DNA of 64,000 nucleotides from Rhodobiaceae bacterium (GTDB lineage Bacteria; Pseudomonadota; Alphaproteobacteria; MED-G09): NCBI GenBank assembly GCA_002723035.1, contig PBNH01000021.1, positions 1,272 to 65,271 of the forward strand, read 5' to 3'. Shown piece by piece: positions 61,158 to 64,000 of this stretch (position 1 is its first letter; each line of letters starts with the position of its first letter). The notes under the pieces were generated by a model. It saw only the letters and a program-made list of their open reading frames with translations, ran no database searches and was not told where the DNA came from. The position numbers and the translations under genes were made by a program.

Positions 61158-61232
61158 TAAAATCTCCTTAATTAAGTTTCGTTTAAATTTAAGGTAGAAT
61201 ATACTTATTTACTTAACGTGAAAGGAAAAAAT

Positions 61233-63308
61233 ATGACCAATATCAATGACGTGACCAAATTGGATATAATTGAGAATGTTGGAGTTCTTAGTTTAAACTC
61301 ACCTCCAGTTAATGCTTTGTCGGCAAATGTAAGAGAAGGTTTAGATATTGGTATAAAAAAAGCTATTGAAAACATTGATATTCAAGCAATAGTAATCATA
61401 TGTGAAGGAAGAACTTTTATTGCTGGAGCAGATATATCAGAATTTGGCAAAGAACCAAAAGGACCATCATTATTCGAAGTTCAAGATATTATGGAAAATT
61501 CTCCAAAACCAGTTATTGCTGCTATTCATGGTACAGCATTAGGTGGTGGGCTAGAAGTTGCACTAACATGTCATTATAGAATAGCGATTAAATCAGCAAA
61601 ATGTGGTTTGCCTGAAGTAAATCTTGGTTTGTTGCCTGGCGCAGGCGGAACACAAAGACTTCCAAGATTAGTTGGAGTTGAACAAGCTTTGAAAATGGTT
61701 ACCTCAGGATTACATCTTCCTGCCGAACAATGTTTACAAAGTGGTCTTATTGATAAATTAGCTTACAATGATGATCTTTTGAATGACTCTATATCCTTTG
61801 CAAAGAAAATTATAAAAGAAAATAGACCACTAAAAAAAGTAAGAGACATAGATGAAAAAGTAAAAGCTGCTAAAGGTAATAATGAACTTTTTCAAAACTT
61901 TAGAAAATCAATTGAGAGAAAAACTAGAGGGTTCCTAGCACCAGAATATAATATTCAATGTATTGAAGCAGCTGTAAATAAGTCATTTGATGAAGGTATT
62001 AAAGTTGAAAGAGATTTATTTGTTAAGCTAATTAGCAGTAATCAATCAGCAGCACAAAGATATTTTTTCTTCGCTCAAAGACAAGTTGCAAAAATACCTG
62101 ATGTTCCAAAAGAAACAGAATTATTGAATATTAATAAGGTAGGTATCATTGGTGCAGGTACAATGGGTGGAGGCATTGCAATGAATTTTGCAAATGTAGG
62201 GATACCAGTTACTATTATAGAGCAGAGTCAAGAACGGCTTGATAAAGGTATCGGTATAATTAGAAAAAACTACGAAAATACGGCTACAAAAGGCCGCATT
62301 AGCCTTGGAGATGTTGAGAAAAGAATGCAACTCATTAATGGAAGTATCTCAATTGACTCTCTATCAGACAAAGACCTAATTATCGAAGCTGTTTTTGAGA
62401 ATATGGATTTAAAGAAAGAAATTTTCTCAGAACTAGATTTAATAGCTAAAGACACTGCAATACTTGCAACAAATACATCTGCTCTTAACATAAATGAAAT
62501 TGCTGAAACTACTAAAAGACCTGAAAGTGTAATTGGACTTCACTTTTTTAGCCCTGCAAATGTTATGAAGCTTTTAGAGATTGTAAGAGGAGAGAAGACC
62601 TCTAAAAAAATCATTGCTACATCCATGAGATTGGCAAAGACTATTGGAAAAACTGCCGCTTTAGTTGGTGTTTGCCCTGGTTTTGTGGGAAATAGAATTC
62701 TAGCCCAAAGACAAAGGGAGGCTAACAAGCTTATCCTAGAGGGAGCATTACCTTGGGAAATAGACGATGTTTTGTTTGATTTTGGTTTTCCAATGGGTCC
62801 TTTTGCAATGTCAGACTTAGCAGGACTTGATATAGGCTGGGATAAAGAAATATCAAGAAGCGAAACTATTAAAGATATATTATGTGAAAATGGAAGATTT
62901 GGTCAAAAATCTGGAAAAGGCTTTTATACTTATGATGAAAATAGAAATAAGCTACCTGATAATAATGTAGAAAAAATTATTCAGGATTTTGCAGAAAATA
63001 AACAAATTAAAAGAAGGAAAATAGAAAAAGATGAAATCTTAAAAAGATGTTTATTTCCAATGATAAATGAAGGATTTAAAATTCTTGATGAAGGTATGGC
63101 TATTAGGGCAAGCGATATAGATATAATTTGGATTAATGGTTATGGTTGGCCGATTTATGAGGGAGGTCCAATGTTTTATGGTAATCTAGTTGGATATGAT
63201 AAAATATTATCATGGCTTCAAGACATGGAAAAAGAGCATGGTACTGATTTTTCTCCATCTACATATTTAGAAAAAGTTGTTAAAGAAAAAATAAATATTT
63301 TTAATTAA
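61233..63308 (+). CDS. fadJ: Fused enoyl-CoA hydratase / 3-hydroxyacyl-CoA dehydrogenase (FadJ/FadB-type)
   Basis: About 690 aa. Crotonase N-terminus (GGGLEVAL), NAD-binding GIIGAGTMGGGIA. AAGGA Shine-Dalgarno before the ATG at 61233. Confidence 0.85.
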   Translation: MTNINDVTKLDIIENVGVLSLNSPPVNALSANVREGLDIGIKKAIENIDIQAIVIICEGRTFIAGADISEFGKEPKGPSLFEVQDIMENSPKPVIAAIHGTALGGGLEVALTCHYRIAIKSAKCGLPEVNLGLLPGAGGTQRLPRLVGVEQALKMVTSGLHLPAEQCLQSGLIDKLAYNDDLLNDSISFAKKIIKENRPLKKVRDIDEKVKAAKGNNELFQNFRKSIERKTRGFLAPEYNIQCIEAAVNKSFDEGIKVERDLFVKLISSNQSAAQRYFFFAQRQVAKIPDVPKETELLNINKVGIIGAGTMGGGIAMNFANVGIPVTIIEQSQERLDKGIGIIRKNYENTATKGRISLGDVEKRMQLINGSISIDSLSDKDLIIEAVFENMDLKKEIFSELDLIAKDTAILATNTSALNINEIAETTKRPESVIGLHFFSPANVMKLLEIVRGEKTSKKIIATSMRLAKTIGKTAALVGVCPGFVGNRILAQRQREANKLILEGALPWEIDDVLFDFGFPMGPFAMSDLAGLDIGWDKEISRSETIKDILCENGRFGQKSGKGFYTYDENRNKLPDNNVEKIIQDFAENKQIKRRKIEKDEILKRCLFPMINEGFKILDEGMAIRASDIDIIWINGYGWPIYEGGPMFYGNLVGYDKILSWLQDMEKEHGTDFSPSTYLEKVVKEKINIFN

Positions 63309-63373
63309 TTGTCAAAAATTTTATTTTCAAAATTATTTTACTTTTCTTTAAAATTGCTTAATTAGGTAAAAAT

Positions 63374-64000
63374 ATGAAAATAAGCATTATTGGATCTGGT
63401 TATGTAGGGCTTGTCACTGGAGCATGTTTAGCAAGAGCTGATCAGAGTGTAACTTGCTTAGATATTAATGAAAAAAAAATTGAAGATTTAAAAAATGGAA
63501 TAATACCGATCTATGAACCAGGGTTAGAAGACTTAATTGAAGAAAAAGTAAAAAATAGTGTACTTTCATTTTCAAGTAATATAGCTGAAACAATAAAAAA
63601 AGCAGATGTCATTTTTATTGCTGTTGGAACACCTACAAATATTGAAAATGATAGTGCAGATTTGTCTCAAGTTTTTGCATGCGCAGAGGCAATAGGAAAA
63701 AATATAAAAAATAATACCGTTGTGATTTTAAAATCAACTGTACCAGTTGGTACGTGTGATAAAATAGAAGAAATAATTAGTTTAGTTAATCCAGCCATAA
63801 ATTTTGATGTTGTTTCAAATCCAGAATTTTTAAGAGAAGGCTCAGCTATTTTTGATTTTGAAAACCCAGACAGAATAATTGTGGGCACAAAAAATCAAAA
63901 CTCAATATCAACCTTGAATTCAATATATAAGAAACAAGCAGATGATCATTTTCCAATAATTTTTACAACAAGACGATCATCTGAACTAATTAAGTATGCC
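63374..64000 (+). CDS. ugd: UDP-glucose 6-dehydrogenase, N-terminal part (runs off the window end)
   Basis: MKISIIGSGYVGLVTGACLA...IFIAVGTP NAD-binding N-terminus. No stop before the window end. Confidence 0.8.
   Translation, partial: MKISIIGSGYVGLVTGACLARADQSVTCLDINEKKIEDLKNGIIPIYEPGLEDLIEEKVKNSVLSFSSNIAETIKKADVIFIAVGTPTNIENDSADLSQVFACAEAIGKNIKNNTVVILKSTVPVGTCDKIEEIISLVNPAINFDVVSNPEFLREGSAIFDFENPDRIIVGTKNQNSISTLNSIYKKQADDHFPIIFTTRRSSELIKYA

Noticed and set aside
1-64000. CRISPR arrays, insertion sequences, prophage genes, toxin-antitoxin or other defence systems
   Set aside because: No spaced direct-repeat arrays, no cas or transposase/integrase-like ORFs and no phage structural genes are visible. 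The only tandem repeats are intragenic coding VNTRs.

Overview
This window is AT-rich (about 30% GC), tightly packed bacterial DNA with minimal or overlapping intergenic spacers. Its gene content and order look alphaproteobacterial and are consistent with a streamlined marine Pelagibacterales (SAR11)-type genome. That assignment is an inference from gene content (class I aldolase, split pntAA/pntAB, DUF1013/DUF1192/DUF1244, ykgO-type L36); no search was run.

Two core housekeeping blocks flank an accessory island of about 27 kb.

- First core block (1..22632): glmM (partial), ftsH, tilS, yebC, a ymdB-like gene, the zapA region, tkt-gap-pgk-fba, efp, suhB, rpmE, purEK, rpsU, pntAA/AB/B, pyk and rpmJ.
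- Second core block (49605..64000): a POT peptide transporter, an acyl-CoA carboxyltransferase, gltBD, a MoxR/VWA pair, fadJ and ugd (partial).
- Accessory island (about 22.7..49.5 kb): cell-surface, secretion and glycosylation functions. It holds an RfaE-II-like nucleotidyltransferase-cupin fusion plus a hydrolase. It holds three tandem TPR plus putative 2OG-Fe(II)-oxygenase (PF13759-like) modules, two fused and one split, interrupted by a tRNA-Val(GAC). It holds a complete type I secretion system (TolC-like outer-membrane protein, C39-less ABC exporter, HlyD-family fusion protein). A translationally coupled dTDP-rhamnose, glycosyltransferase and methyltransferase operon (rfbACBD, two GT4 enzymes, a methyltransferase) sits next to it. 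Then comes a 2062-aa cysteine-free, highly acidic RTX-repeat giant protein that is almost certainly the T1SS cargo (no N-terminal signal peptide, many GGxGxD nonapeptides). It has a strong GGGAG Shine-Dalgarno and a textbook UUCG-tetraloop intrinsic terminator. Last are a lipoprotein carrying a 15-bp x ~14 tandem repeat ((PAEET)n) with poly-Gly and Ser/Gly linkers, and an FkbM-like methyltransferase.

The most interesting hypothesis is that this island is a self-contained system for secreting a giant RTX/S-layer-like surface protein through the adjacent T1SS and decorating it. Decoration would be glycosylation by the rfb/GT/methyltransferase operon and possibly hydroxylation by the ASPH-like TPR-oxygenases.

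No CRISPR arrays, transposases or integrases were seen.
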